A stretch of DNA of 64,000 nt from an uncultured Desulfosarcinaceae bacterium (GTDB taxonomy: Bacteria; Desulfobacterota; Desulfobacteria; Desulfobacterales; JAFDCJ01). The DNA lies in assembly GCA_964527835.1 (NCBI GenBank), contig CAZGNV010000004.1:40079-104078 (forward strand). The letters are read 5' to 3'. Of the stretch, positions 46,617 through 54,205 are shown one piece after another. Both the position numbers and the translations under genes were made by a program. The notes beneath the pieces were generated by a model. The model was given only the letters and a program-made list of their open reading frames with translations, was not told where the DNA came from and searched no databases. Each line of letters opens with the position of its first letter. Position 1 is the first letter of the stretch.

Positions 46617-47450
46617 ATGCATTTCAAAGTTACAACCCTGTCCGAAAACAACATTGGCCCCTCCAGCCAGGGCTTGATCGCAGAGCACGGCCTTGCGTTT
46701 TACATTGAGGCTGCAGATCGACGTATTCTGTTTGATACCGGGCAGAATCTCGTTATCGCCAATAATGCCGAAGTCCTGGGCATTGATCTTGTCCGTATCG
46801 ATACGGTGGTCTTAAGCCATGGCCATTACGATCACACCAGCGGCATTAAAACCCTTTTGAAGTGCAACACGGGTTTTACGCTTTATGCCCATCCGGATGT
46901 ATTTGACGCCAAACTAAGGGAGAAAGGCGATGATTACAAATATATCGGTATACCCGTTGACCGAAAGGAGCTGGAACAAAAGGGCATAAAAATCCAGCTC
47001 GACAGGGATCCCGTCTCCATAGCCCCCGGCATCACCACCACCGGAGAAATACCGCTTGATAATGATTTTGAAAAGGTGGGGTCAATTTTCTATCTTAAAA
47101 AAGGGGAGGATTATCCGGCCGATACCATGGTTGACGACCGGGCGATGATCCTGGATACGGACCAAGGAGTGGTGGTGCTGCTGGGCTGCACGCACCGGGG
47201 GGTGATCAACACCTTGGATCACGTTACCCAAATTAGCGGCCGCAACACGATCCATGCCATCATGGGCGGTCTGCACCTGGGCAACGCCTCAGGCGAGAAG
47301 CTGGCCACCGTAATCGAACACCTGCATGCCTTCGGGCTGGAAAAAATAGGCGTCGGGCACTGCACCGGCTACAAGGCCTTTGCGGCCCTTGCCAGTGAAT
47401 TCAAAGACAAGGTTTTTCTCAACGTGGTTGGCAATGTGATGCAATTTTAA
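46617..47450 (+). CDS. Metallo-beta-lactamase-fold hydrolase
   Basis: EHGLAF, LFDTG, SHGHYDHTSG, GCTHRG, GGLHL, HCTG. Confidence 0.88.
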   Translation: MHFKVTTLSENNIGPSSQGLIAEHGLAFYIEAADRRILFDTGQNLVIANNAEVLGIDLVRIDTVVLSHGHYDHTSGIKTLLKCNTGFTLYAHPDVFDAKLREKGDDYKYIGIPVDRKELEQKGIKIQLDRDPVSIAPGITTTGEIPLDNDFEKVGSIFYLKKGEDYPADTMVDDRAMILDTDQGVVVLLGCTHRGVINTLDHVTQISGRNTIHAIMGGLHLGNASGEKLATVIEHLHAFGLEKIGVGHCTGYKAFAALASEFKDKVFLNVVGNVMQF

Positions 47451-47629
47451 GATTGTGATCGTCTGGATCGTTTTGATGGTTTAGATCCTCCGCTTCTTCT
47501 AAGCCTTACCGGATCAAGCCAGAATTTTGCAACCTTATCATCATGTTCAACATGTATGTGCAGCGGCTCATCTCTATCATCGGCATAAAAGAAAAACCGA
47601 TATGGCCCAATTCTCATCACTGTTGGCAT
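47447..47629 (-). pseudogene. DUF4160-family protein, C-terminally truncated, no DUF2442 partner
   Basis: MPTV..GPYRFFFY..EPLHIHV..AKFWL; loses family-like sequence after SGG. Confidence 0.7.
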
Positions 47630-47648
47630 TGGTTAATTTTTCATTAAT

Positions 47649-47738
47649 AGTTATCGTGGCATGGTGGAATCATTGTGGGGCCCGAACCCGCATTACTGGA
47701 TTACCCCGGCATCTGAGCTGCAACGGAAATACCAAACT
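47649..47738. other. Intergenic segment with AGTT..AACT ends, possible degenerate recombination site
   Basis: Occupies most of the SLATT-DUF4160 gap; only short terminal complementarity. Confidence 0.25.
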
Positions 47739-47741
47739 CGT

Positions 47742-48251
47742 TCAATCGTCCTGGACTTGGGGCGCGCCAACCTGTTTTGCTGCTTGTCGGTGAATTCTGG
47801 TGGGCACAATAGGTGCTTCGCGTTCAATTTCCGCCCAGCGATCCCCTATTGCTTGCATGACCTGAGCTCGGGTTTCGCCACCGTGTGGACTGGTGTCAAG
47901 CGCTCGCTCTAAATCGCGCCGCAGCGCTCCGAAAGCAATGCTTGCAATGTTGTGCTTTTCGGCGAGAACTCCGTAATTGAGAAAAGTCTGAAGTGCGGCC
48001 AATACCGCTGCAAGACCCGACATCAGACCGGCGATGATTTTCCAAGTATCCGAGATGGCCTGTTCTGAAATCGTCGCGAAGATGCTAGTTCCAACGATGG
48101 TGGTGAGTATGACGACAGGCACGCCGAGCAGGCGCCCACGCCGCCGGAAGTTGGCAGCCGCCTTTGCGTGAGCGATATGCCACAATCTGATACCACGGTG
48201 CCACTGATTGAAGAGATCCGGCTTCCCGCAAGATTGTTCGTTATTCGTCAT
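47742..48251 (-). CDS. SLATT-domain 2TM effector
   Basis: H..AA..F..R..LLGVPVVILTTIVGTSIFA and GL..GLAAVLAALQTFLNY..AEKH; ATG 48251 overlaps the upstream stop (ATGA). Confidence 0.82.
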   Translation of the reverse strand: MTNNEQSCGKPDLFNQWHRGIRLWHIAHAKAAANFRRRGRLLGVPVVILTTIVGTSIFATISEQAISDTWKIIAGLMSGLAAVLAALQTFLNYGVLAEKHNIASIAFGALRRDLERALDTSPHGGETRAQVMQAIGDRWAEIEREAPIVPTRIHRQAAKQVGAPQVQDD

Positions 48252-50245
48252 CGTTTTACCTTTGCCTCCAAATGCCTTAAAAAGGATGTTATCGGCGATT
48301 CCGATCGGTTCTGTTGAATGCAATAGCGAATCAGTGCTTCCATAACCTGCCGAACCGTCGCCAGCAAAGACTCCAAATCGGAATCATTGTCTTTCCCATT
48401 CCACCGGCCGTGTGCTACAGTGTTGCGGAACGCGCGGCCTCGTTCGCGAAACCACCCGGACTCGGCGGCTTCGGTTACCTGGGCAACGAGATCCTCGAGC
48501 TGGACGGCGGCGCGCAGGGGGCGGAATCTGCCGAGAATTTCCTCCAGGACCGCAAAAAGCATTCCGGCACTTGCCTTGCCCGGAAAAAAACGGCTGGGGT
48601 GGGCCCTCAAGAATTCACCAATCAGTTCGTCAAGCTGGCCGTCGGAATGGTCCGCGGCGCATTGGGCCAGCAGCGCAGCCAAAGCTTCGATTCGTTCCAG
48701 GTCGTTTTGGGAGATGCGTTCATCAGGTTCATGGACCATTGTTTTCAGAATCGACTGACGAAAAATCGTCGGTATCCTGTACCGCACCATTCCTTCGTAT
48801 ATATACCAACCCAACAGCTCAGGATCAATGAACTTCGTAAAGCCGGCAAGGCGCAATACGGCAATCGCCTGACGGCGTCGCCGCTTTAAATCGGCCAGGT
48901 CGTGGCGGCCCTGGTCAAAGAGCCCAATGCACCCAACCGGCTGGACCAATTGGGTCTCGAGCGCCCCTTTGACCCGCAGTTCACCAATGAAATCTCTTTT
49001 GATGTCTCTTTCTTCCAACTCTACGAGTTCAACCGCATTTAACGGTACGATGGCGAAACTTCCTTCTCGCACAGCTAGCGTTTCATTGCAGGCCAGACCA
49101 AGCAGGGGGGACCAACTTGCCACCACGCCCTCTTCCGCGTGCATGACGCCCCCAGATACGTACGAATATGTTATGGAAGCATAATTCGCATGACTGAGAC
49201 GGTTGCTTGTTCTAAGTCCCGGAGGAGAGTCCAGGTCGAGAGGGCTGGCTGGAATTGGATGTTCCGGTGCGTTGCCCGCATCGAGTTGCTCGCGAAGGGC
49301 AGGTAATGGAATACCCGCGAGTACACTGGGGCCAAAAGCAAGTATCGATGCAGCCAATAGCTGCTGCGCGCCGCAGCCGTGGGTCAGCGCCTCGGCAGCT
49401 GACAAGTCTTTCGGATGCGATCCATGGAGGGCCGCGCTGCGGGTGTCGTAGAGAAGCCGTGCGGTCCGGGCGATGGTGCTCGCGTCATATGTGGCGGACA
49501 GCAAAGTTGTAAGTCGATCCGCAAAGGTTTTCTTTAACTGAGACCTCACCTCTGGAAGCAACAACGCCTCGAGAGCGATCGTTGCAAGAACCAGTTGATC
49601 CCGTGGCAGCAAGCTCGGTTCAGCGCACAGCAATAGTGCGTTGATCGCACCTGAGAGTGTCTCGTTCCGGCCCGCCGCTTCCACAAAGTTCCAGATGCTC
49701 GATGCAAAATCAACCGAACTTGCGGGTAAAGGTGGACCACTGGCTTCTGGAAGCAGCAGCCATTCGTGGTCAGCGTCTCCCTGTATGCGGGCTAGTATTC
49801 CACTGGTTTCGCTAATTTGGAAGTAGTGATCATCGGGCACGCAGATTGTCATCGAAGAGCGTGGTGATGCCGGAGCCGCGGCCGGGGCGGCAAGCGTCAG
49901 GGCCGCCTGTGCCGTCCAGCAGAAAGTCTTCTGGAATTGGGTCAAAAACCCGAATCCCATCTGCTCGAATTCCTCGTCGAACCCGTAGGTGGGTTTCTTT
50001 AGCTCGATATTGTTTGGCTTCTCTGGTTGACCCGGAACCAAAAAGGGCCAGTCGACTTCGATTTCGATAAAGAAAAAAACCGGCGCAGTTTGATCATAGG
50101 CTTCCTGATGCTCTTCGAAGGCTCCGGCCGTTTGCGCGTTCCATGCTACAAACGGGAATCGCCACAAAGATCCAGGCCCGAGGGGGCAGACTTCCTCAGT
50201 GCTTCGAATCATGGGAATGTGCGAGTAGTAGTTGACTATGGCCAT
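48248..50245 (-). CDS. Tandem ApeA-like HEPN-HEPN protein
   Basis: ALEALL..LYDTRSAALHG and LFAVLEEIL..FRNTVAHG: two RxxxxH motifs, each after a helical HEPN-like core. Confidence 0.75.
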   Translation of the reverse strand: MAIVNYYSHIPMIRSTEEVCPLGPGSLWRFPFVAWNAQTAGAFEEHQEAYDQTAPVFFFIEIEVDWPFLVPGQPEKPNNIELKKPTYGFDEEFEQMGFGFLTQFQKTFCWTAQAALTLAAPAAAPASPRSSMTICVPDDHYFQISETSGILARIQGDADHEWLLLPEASGPPLPASSVDFASSIWNFVEAAGRNETLSGAINALLLCAEPSLLPRDQLVLATIALEALLLPEVRSQLKKTFADRLTTLLSATYDASTIARTARLLYDTRSAALHGSHPKDLSAAEALTHGCGAQQLLAASILAFGPSVLAGIPLPALREQLDAGNAPEHPIPASPLDLDSPPGLRTSNRLSHANYASITYSYVSGGVMHAEEGVVASWSPLLGLACNETLAVREGSFAIVPLNAVELVELEERDIKRDFIGELRVKGALETQLVQPVGCIGLFDQGRHDLADLKRRRRQAIAVLRLAGFTKFIDPELLGWYIYEGMVRYRIPTIFRQSILKTMVHEPDERISQNDLERIEALAALLAQCAADHSDGQLDELIGEFLRAHPSRFFPGKASAGMLFAVLEEILGRFRPLRAAVQLEDLVAQVTEAAESGWFRERGRAFRNTVAHGRWNGKDNDSDLESLLATVRQVMEALIRYCIQQNRSESPITSFLRHLEAKVKR

Positions 50246-50277
50246 AAAGTCCTATTCGTCGTCAGAGTTAATTGATT

Positions 50278-50371
50278 AAAGATAGGAATACAAAAGGCAT
50301 TCGTCGGCGAAGGTATGTCCTGTGGACCCAAGGCGTTGACGAAGCAAAATACATGTCGTATCCCTATCTTT
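50278..50371. repeat. 94-bp bulged hairpin upstream of the HEPN gene
   Basis: AAAGATAGGAATAC / GTATCCCTATCTTT (13/14) and inner TTCGTCGGCG / CGTTGACGAA. Confidence 0.75.
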
Positions 50372-50375
50372 TACT

Positions 50376-50400
50376 GGCTAACGGCACCGAGTTTGCTCGA
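50376..50400 (-). other. Possible right half of a disrupted attC site
   Basis: Minus strand ..ACTCGGTGCC-GTTAGCC resembles the R' end of the attC at 52618; no left half present. Confidence 0.35.
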
Positions 50401-50404
50401 TCCC

Positions 50405-50520
50405 CCAACCATTTATCCAGAGGAGGCCAAGCTCATAAATTTTTTCAACCAGCAACAAAGGTATTACTGAAAGGACAATCCAAACACAATCTAAAAATGT
50501 GGATTAGCATTTTTGCTGGT
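50405..50520 (+). mobile_element. Degenerate IS110-family 5' remnant (tentative)
   Basis: GGAGG RBS then INFFNQQQRYY-stop and frameshifted HNLKMWISIF, resembling the MxFYxxQHxYYCGIDLHxxxMYVCIL N-termini of IS110 transposases. Confidence 0.35.
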
Positions 50521-50533
50521 TACTGCTACTATG

Positions 50534-51202
50534 TCAGGCATCCCAGGTTTTTGGGTTTTCACTTTTTTCTGCAAAGGCGTCCCAGGGGCAGGCCTTTCGA
50601 CAGGGGGCGGGACAAGCGGAGCAGGGATCAAAGTCAACAACCCCCGTGCTGGGCAGCTCGGCGCTTGTCAGCATGACACGAAGGCGCAAGCGCGGCCCGT
50701 AGCGAGGCGTGACCAGCAGATTGTTTTCGCCGCTACACCCCAGTCCGGCCAATACGGCGGCATCTTTCATGTAAACCCCACCGCGTTCAATATGGTAGGG
50801 CAACTTAAAACAGCGAATTCCATGCTTTCTTTCCAGCCACCCGGCCATCCTGGCCACCACCTCCATGAGCAGGAGGTCGCCGGCAGAATAAGCGCTGGTG
50901 GCGCCGATTATCCACCAGTCCAACTCGGGCTTTGCCGGTGGATGGCTCACTGCGACCACTACGGCGGAGCGTGCATCGTCGGGCCATTTTACGATACCGC
51001 GCCGGCGGCCGTCCAGCGGCATGGTGCCCTCGCCTTCAAATGCGGGCAGCTTGGGGGAAATTACATAGGAAGGTGCATTCCGCAAATCCTTTAGGTTGAC
51101 CACCCCGGCCAGGTCTGCTCCGAATTCTTTGGTCTTGGCAATGATCAACCTGATGAGGTCTCGTTCTTTTACTATACGGGAATGGTGGTTTTGAGATGGC
51201 AT
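50534..51202 (-). CDS. Epoxyqueuosine-reductase-like Fe-S/B12 protein, C-terminally truncated
   Basis: FGADLAGV, KDAAVLAGLG, NNLLVTPRYGPRLRL, CSACPAPCRKACP; second Cys cluster absent. Confidence 0.72.
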   Translation of the reverse strand: MPSQNHHSRIVKERDLIRLIIAKTKEFGADLAGVVNLKDLRNAPSYVISPKLPAFEGEGTMPLDGRRRGIVKWPDDARSAVVVAVSHPPAKPELDWWIIGATSAYSAGDLLLMEVVARMAGWLERKHGIRCFKLPYHIERGGVYMKDAAVLAGLGCSGENNLLVTPRYGPRLRLRVMLTSAELPSTGVVDFDPCSACPAPCRKACPWDAFAEKSENPKTWDA

Positions 51203-51206
51203 CTGT

Positions 51207-51232
51207 GGAAGTGGTGTCAGGAAGTGGTGTCA
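51207..51232. repeat. 13-bp tandem direct repeat
   Basis: GGAAGTGGTGTCA twice, at the end of the transposase remnant. Confidence 0.85.
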
Positions 51233-51343
51233 CATCTTGATTTGTGATTTAACGTGTTGGTATTTTCTCTTGAACGGCTTGTCTTTGTTCAGTTTTTCCT
51301 TTACCACGCGTACTCGTTGACTTACAGCCGAATAGCTCAGTCC
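51230..51343 (-). pseudogene. C-terminal HTH remnant of a Y1 (REP-associated/IS200-like) transposase
   Basis: Manual translation GLSYSAVSQRVRVVKEKLNKDKPFKRKYQHVKSQIKM-stop, starting next to the attC core. Confidence 0.65.
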
Positions 51344-51412
51344 AATGAACGGCAAAGCTGTGCGGGGCAAACGGAACGCAGCGTAGTTTGCGTCCTAACG
51401 AGCGCATTAGCG
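51344..51412 (-). other. Degenerate integron attC site
   Basis: Minus strand CGCTAAT..GGACGCAAACTACGCTGCGTTCCGTTTGCCCC..GTTCATT; the cassette stop codon lies in the inverse core. Confidence 0.65.
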
Positions 51413-51808
51413 GTTAAATTCAGCCAGTAATTCAAGGGCTAGTTTCTCCATTTTATCCAGGCTTATATCAGCTTTATCCAGGAACTCTTTGTCATAATGT
51501 CCTGGATCTGACCAATGCTTGCCTTTAATCTGGCAGCGCTTAGCTAGCTTTTTAATACCAAGATCTTCAAGTGCGAAACCGAGACCTGTCCAAAGTAATG
51601 ATAAGTGCCTTTCGGTGTTGTGATCTCGATTTCCATTATCATTCAATTGCCGGATGTATACCGCGGTTTCTCGCGATGCTGTTACGACCTTCCTCAATGC
51701 TTGAATGGATTCGTGCTTTCTTTCTGTTTTTGCGCGACGAAGATTTAGTAACCATTTATAACCATGATTAAAAAGGTCTCCTAATATTTTTGTTGTTAGT
51801 GCTTCCAT
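51407..51808 (-). CDS. Hypothetical 133-aa integron cassette protein
   Basis: Single AT-rich ORF filling the space between two attC sites. Confidence 0.75.
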   Translation of the reverse strand: MEALTTKILGDLFNHGYKWLLNLRRAKTERKHESIQALRKVVTASRETAVYIRQLNDNGNRDHNTERHLSLLWTGLGFALEDLGIKKLAKRCQIKGKHWSDPGHYDKEFLDKADISLDKMEKLALELLAEFNR

Positions 51809-51818
51809 TTGTTTTTAC

Positions 51819-51924
51819 CGCTATCGTCGTGGGTAACCAGCGGGCCGGACGAAATTCAAGATAGCACAGCCTTTAACGAAAACCGCACAGTTTCTTTACG
51901 TCTGATTCACCCGCCTTGTTAGCG
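51819..51924 (-). other. Integron attC site
   Basis: Minus strand R'' CGCTAAC, 5-nt spacer, L'' GGGTGAAT ... L' GGTTACC, R' GATAGCG. Confidence 0.82.
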
Positions 51925-51947
51925 TCCTTGTTCAATTTTATGCAGCC

Positions 51948-52253
51948 TTAAGCAGCAAATGTTTCAACAACTGGATCAATTTTTCGCCATTCTTTCGATT
52001 TGTTTGCGGCCTGCCACAAATCATAATTTCTTTGAAGATTGATCCAAAATTCTGGGCTCGTGTCAAAAGCCCTCGATAGTTTTAAAGCCATCTCTGGGGT
52101 TACTGATGCCCTTTCGTTTATGATTTTTGACAACGTCTTCCTGGATATTCCAAGAATATTGGATAGTTCAGTAATCGTTATGGATAATGGCTCCAAATAG
52201 TCTTCCTTTATTATCTGACCAGGATGGGTTGGCTTTCTTTTCATGATATTCAT
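51948..52253 (-). CDS. higA: HigA-family HTH antitoxin
   Basis: HPGQIIKEDYL, VTPEMALKLSRAFDTSPEFWINLQ. Confidence 0.93.
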   Translation of the reverse strand: MNIMKRKPTHPGQIIKEDYLEPLSITITELSNILGISRKTLSKIINERASVTPEMALKLSRAFDTSPEFWINLQRNYDLWQAANKSKEWRKIDPVVETFAA

Positions 52254-52268
52254 AAGATTCTCCTTTAT

Positions 52269-52547
52269 TCAATGATAGTCGAGATAATCAACATCAAAGG
52301 CATGACCCTGTTCGAACCGAAATATAATTCTCCAGTTACCGGATACTGAAACTGCATGCATGCCTTCATATTGGCCACTCAATAAATGTAAATTTGAACC
52401 GGGATAATGCATGTCTCTCAATTCGGTTGCCGCCTGGAGCCTGTCCAATATTTTGCCAAGTTTATTAGCATGTTCCGGCTTTATTCCCCTTTTTGATCCT
52501 GTATAAAAATATTTCTCAAGGCCTTTATGTTTGAATGATTTAATCAT
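52269..52547 (-). CDS. higB: HigB/RelE-family toxin
   Basis: MIKSFKHKGLEKYF, LHLLSG, VSVSGNWRIIFRF, LDYH. Confidence 0.93.
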   Translation of the reverse strand: MIKSFKHKGLEKYFYTGSKRGIKPEHANKLGKILDRLQAATELRDMHYPGSNLHLLSGQYEGMHAVSVSGNWRIIFRFEQGHAFDVDYLDYH

Positions 52548-52556
52548 ATATCTAAT

Positions 52557-52575
52557 CGTAACCACTTAGGTTACG
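52557..52575. promoter_or_regulatory. higBA operator palindrome
   Basis: CGTAACC-N5-GGTTACG just upstream of higB. Confidence 0.7.
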
Positions 52576-52617
52576 AATTGCAATAAAAAAAGAGACGACA
52601 CCGCCTTCTATATGTGG

Positions 52618-52690
52618 CGCTAACGGCCGAGCTCACTTGCCGCTGTGGAGCGCAAGCGAAACAGCGGTCAGGTGCAGCGGCTTGATACTA
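52618..52690 (-). other. Integron attC site (R'' damaged)
   Basis: Minus strand TAGTATC-AAGCC-GCTGCACCTGACCGCTG..CAGCGGCAAGTGAGCTCGGCC-GTTAGCG. Confidence 0.82.
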
Positions 52691-52909
52691 GTTATGGCCT
52701 TCCCTCAGATGAAAGGTTAAAATGGAAATACCTTTAACTCCAAAACCTTTCACCCAAAGGAGGCCAACTTATGTTAAAGCAATTCACAGAAAAGATTTTT
52801 CTTGCTGAGGAGAAAAATAAAGGGCGCTTTTCCTTATTAAAGTCCCCTGAGATCTTATGGAAGTCCAGCTTTTGCCGGCGGCCTAGCCGGAACTTTATTT
52901 TAGCCCTCC

Positions 52910-54193
52910 TTAAAATTTTTCTGGAAAACGAAAATCAACCTCGTAGGTTGAGTCTGCCAGCTCCAGGCGGCTGACGACCGGGGGGGTCCGGGCGATGACG
53001 TTGCCGCGGCGAATCACGAACAGCCGGGCCGGCTTCAGCCGCAGCGCTTCGTGCACATTGGCGGCCTGAACGATGACGATGTCGGCATTGCATCCCGGCT
53101 CCAGGCCGTAGCCCTGCAGTCCCAGTATTTTGGCCCCGTTGGTGGTGATGGCCGCAAATATCTGCTGCATCTGGTCGACACCGGTCATCTGGGCCACGTG
53201 CAGCCCCATGTGGGCGACTTCCAGCATGTCGTGGGAGCCGAAGCTGTACCAGGGATCCATGAGGGCATCGTGACCGAAGGCCACGCTGATGCCGGCTGCC
53301 ATGAGCTCTTTGACCCGGGTCATGCCGCGGCGTTTGGGGTAGGTGTCATGGCGTCCCTGGAGGGTGATGTTGATCAGGGGATTGGCCACCACCTGCATCC
53401 GGGCTTCGGCCATCAGGGGCAGCAGCTTGCTGACGTAGTAGTTGTCCATGGAATGCATGGATGTCAGATGGGATCCGGTGACCCGACCCTGCAGTTCCAG
53501 GCGCTGGGTATGATAGGTCAGGGTTTCGATATGGCGGGAATGCGGGTCGTCGCTTTCGTCGCAGTGCATGTCCACCGGCAGCTGCCTTTCAGCAGCCAGT
53601 TCGCACAGGGCCTTAATGGAAGCCGCACCTTCGGCCATGGTTCTTTCAAAGTGAGGAATTCCCCCCACAACATCAACGCCCATATCCAGCGCACGCTCGA
53701 GGTTGGCGGCACTGGAGGGGTGTCGAAAGTATCCGTCCTGGGGAAAGGCCACCAGCTGCAAATCGATATAAGGCTTGATTTCTTCGCGCAGTTCAAGGAG
53801 CGCTGCAACCGCCGGCAGCCGGTCATCGCTGACATCCACATGGCTGCGGATAGCCAGCGTGCCCCGGGCGATGGCCCAGCGGCAAAGCTGCCGCGCGCGC
53901 GCCTTGATGCTTTCAGCCGTCAGACTGGGCTTCAGTTCGCCCCACAGCTCGATGCCCTCCAGCAGGGTGCCGCTTTGATTGACCCGGGGCTGGCCGTAGC
54001 TCAGGGTGGAATCCAGGTGAAAATGGCTGTCAACAAACGGGGGGCTGGCCAGACATCCGGCGGCATCGATTTCCCGGTTTGCCTGGGCCTTCAGGCGGGG
54101 TGCGACCTGCACGATCCGCGCATTTTCCACGGCAATGTCGACTCCCGTGCGTCCGTCGGACAGGTTGGCGTTGCGGATGATCAGATCGAACAT
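52910..54193 (-). CDS. codA: Cytosine deaminase (amidohydrolase)
   Basis: DSHFHLD, VDVVGGIPHFE, DMHCDESDD, LQGRHDTYPKRRGMTRVKEL, FGHD..DPWY. Confidence 0.92.
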   Translation of the reverse strand: MFDLIIRNANLSDGRTGVDIAVENARIVQVAPRLKAQANREIDAAGCLASPPFVDSHFHLDSTLSYGQPRVNQSGTLLEGIELWGELKPSLTAESIKARARQLCRWAIARGTLAIRSHVDVSDDRLPAVAALLELREEIKPYIDLQLVAFPQDGYFRHPSSAANLERALDMGVDVVGGIPHFERTMAEGAASIKALCELAAERQLPVDMHCDESDDPHSRHIETLTYHTQRLELQGRVTGSHLTSMHSMDNYYVSKLLPLMAEARMQVVANPLINITLQGRHDTYPKRRGMTRVKELMAAGISVAFGHDALMDPWYSFGSHDMLEVAHMGLHVAQMTGVDQMQQIFAAITTNGAKILGLQGYGLEPGCNADIVIVQAANVHEALRLKPARLFVIRRGNVIARTPPVVSRLELADSTYEVDFRFPEKF

Positions 54194-54205
54194 GGCGACC
54201 TCCCT

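Noticed and set aside
51207-51232. Direct repeat as a CRISPR remnant
   Set aside because: Only two abutting 13-bp units, no spacer, no cas genes
52684-52770. Group IIC-attC intron insertion
   Set aside because: No GTGYG 5' end and no reverse transcriptase ORF
52690-52909. Integron integrase or attI upstream of the array
   Set aside because: No tyrosine recombinase ORF; the 67-aa ORF at 52771 has no recognisable motifs and overlaps the codA end
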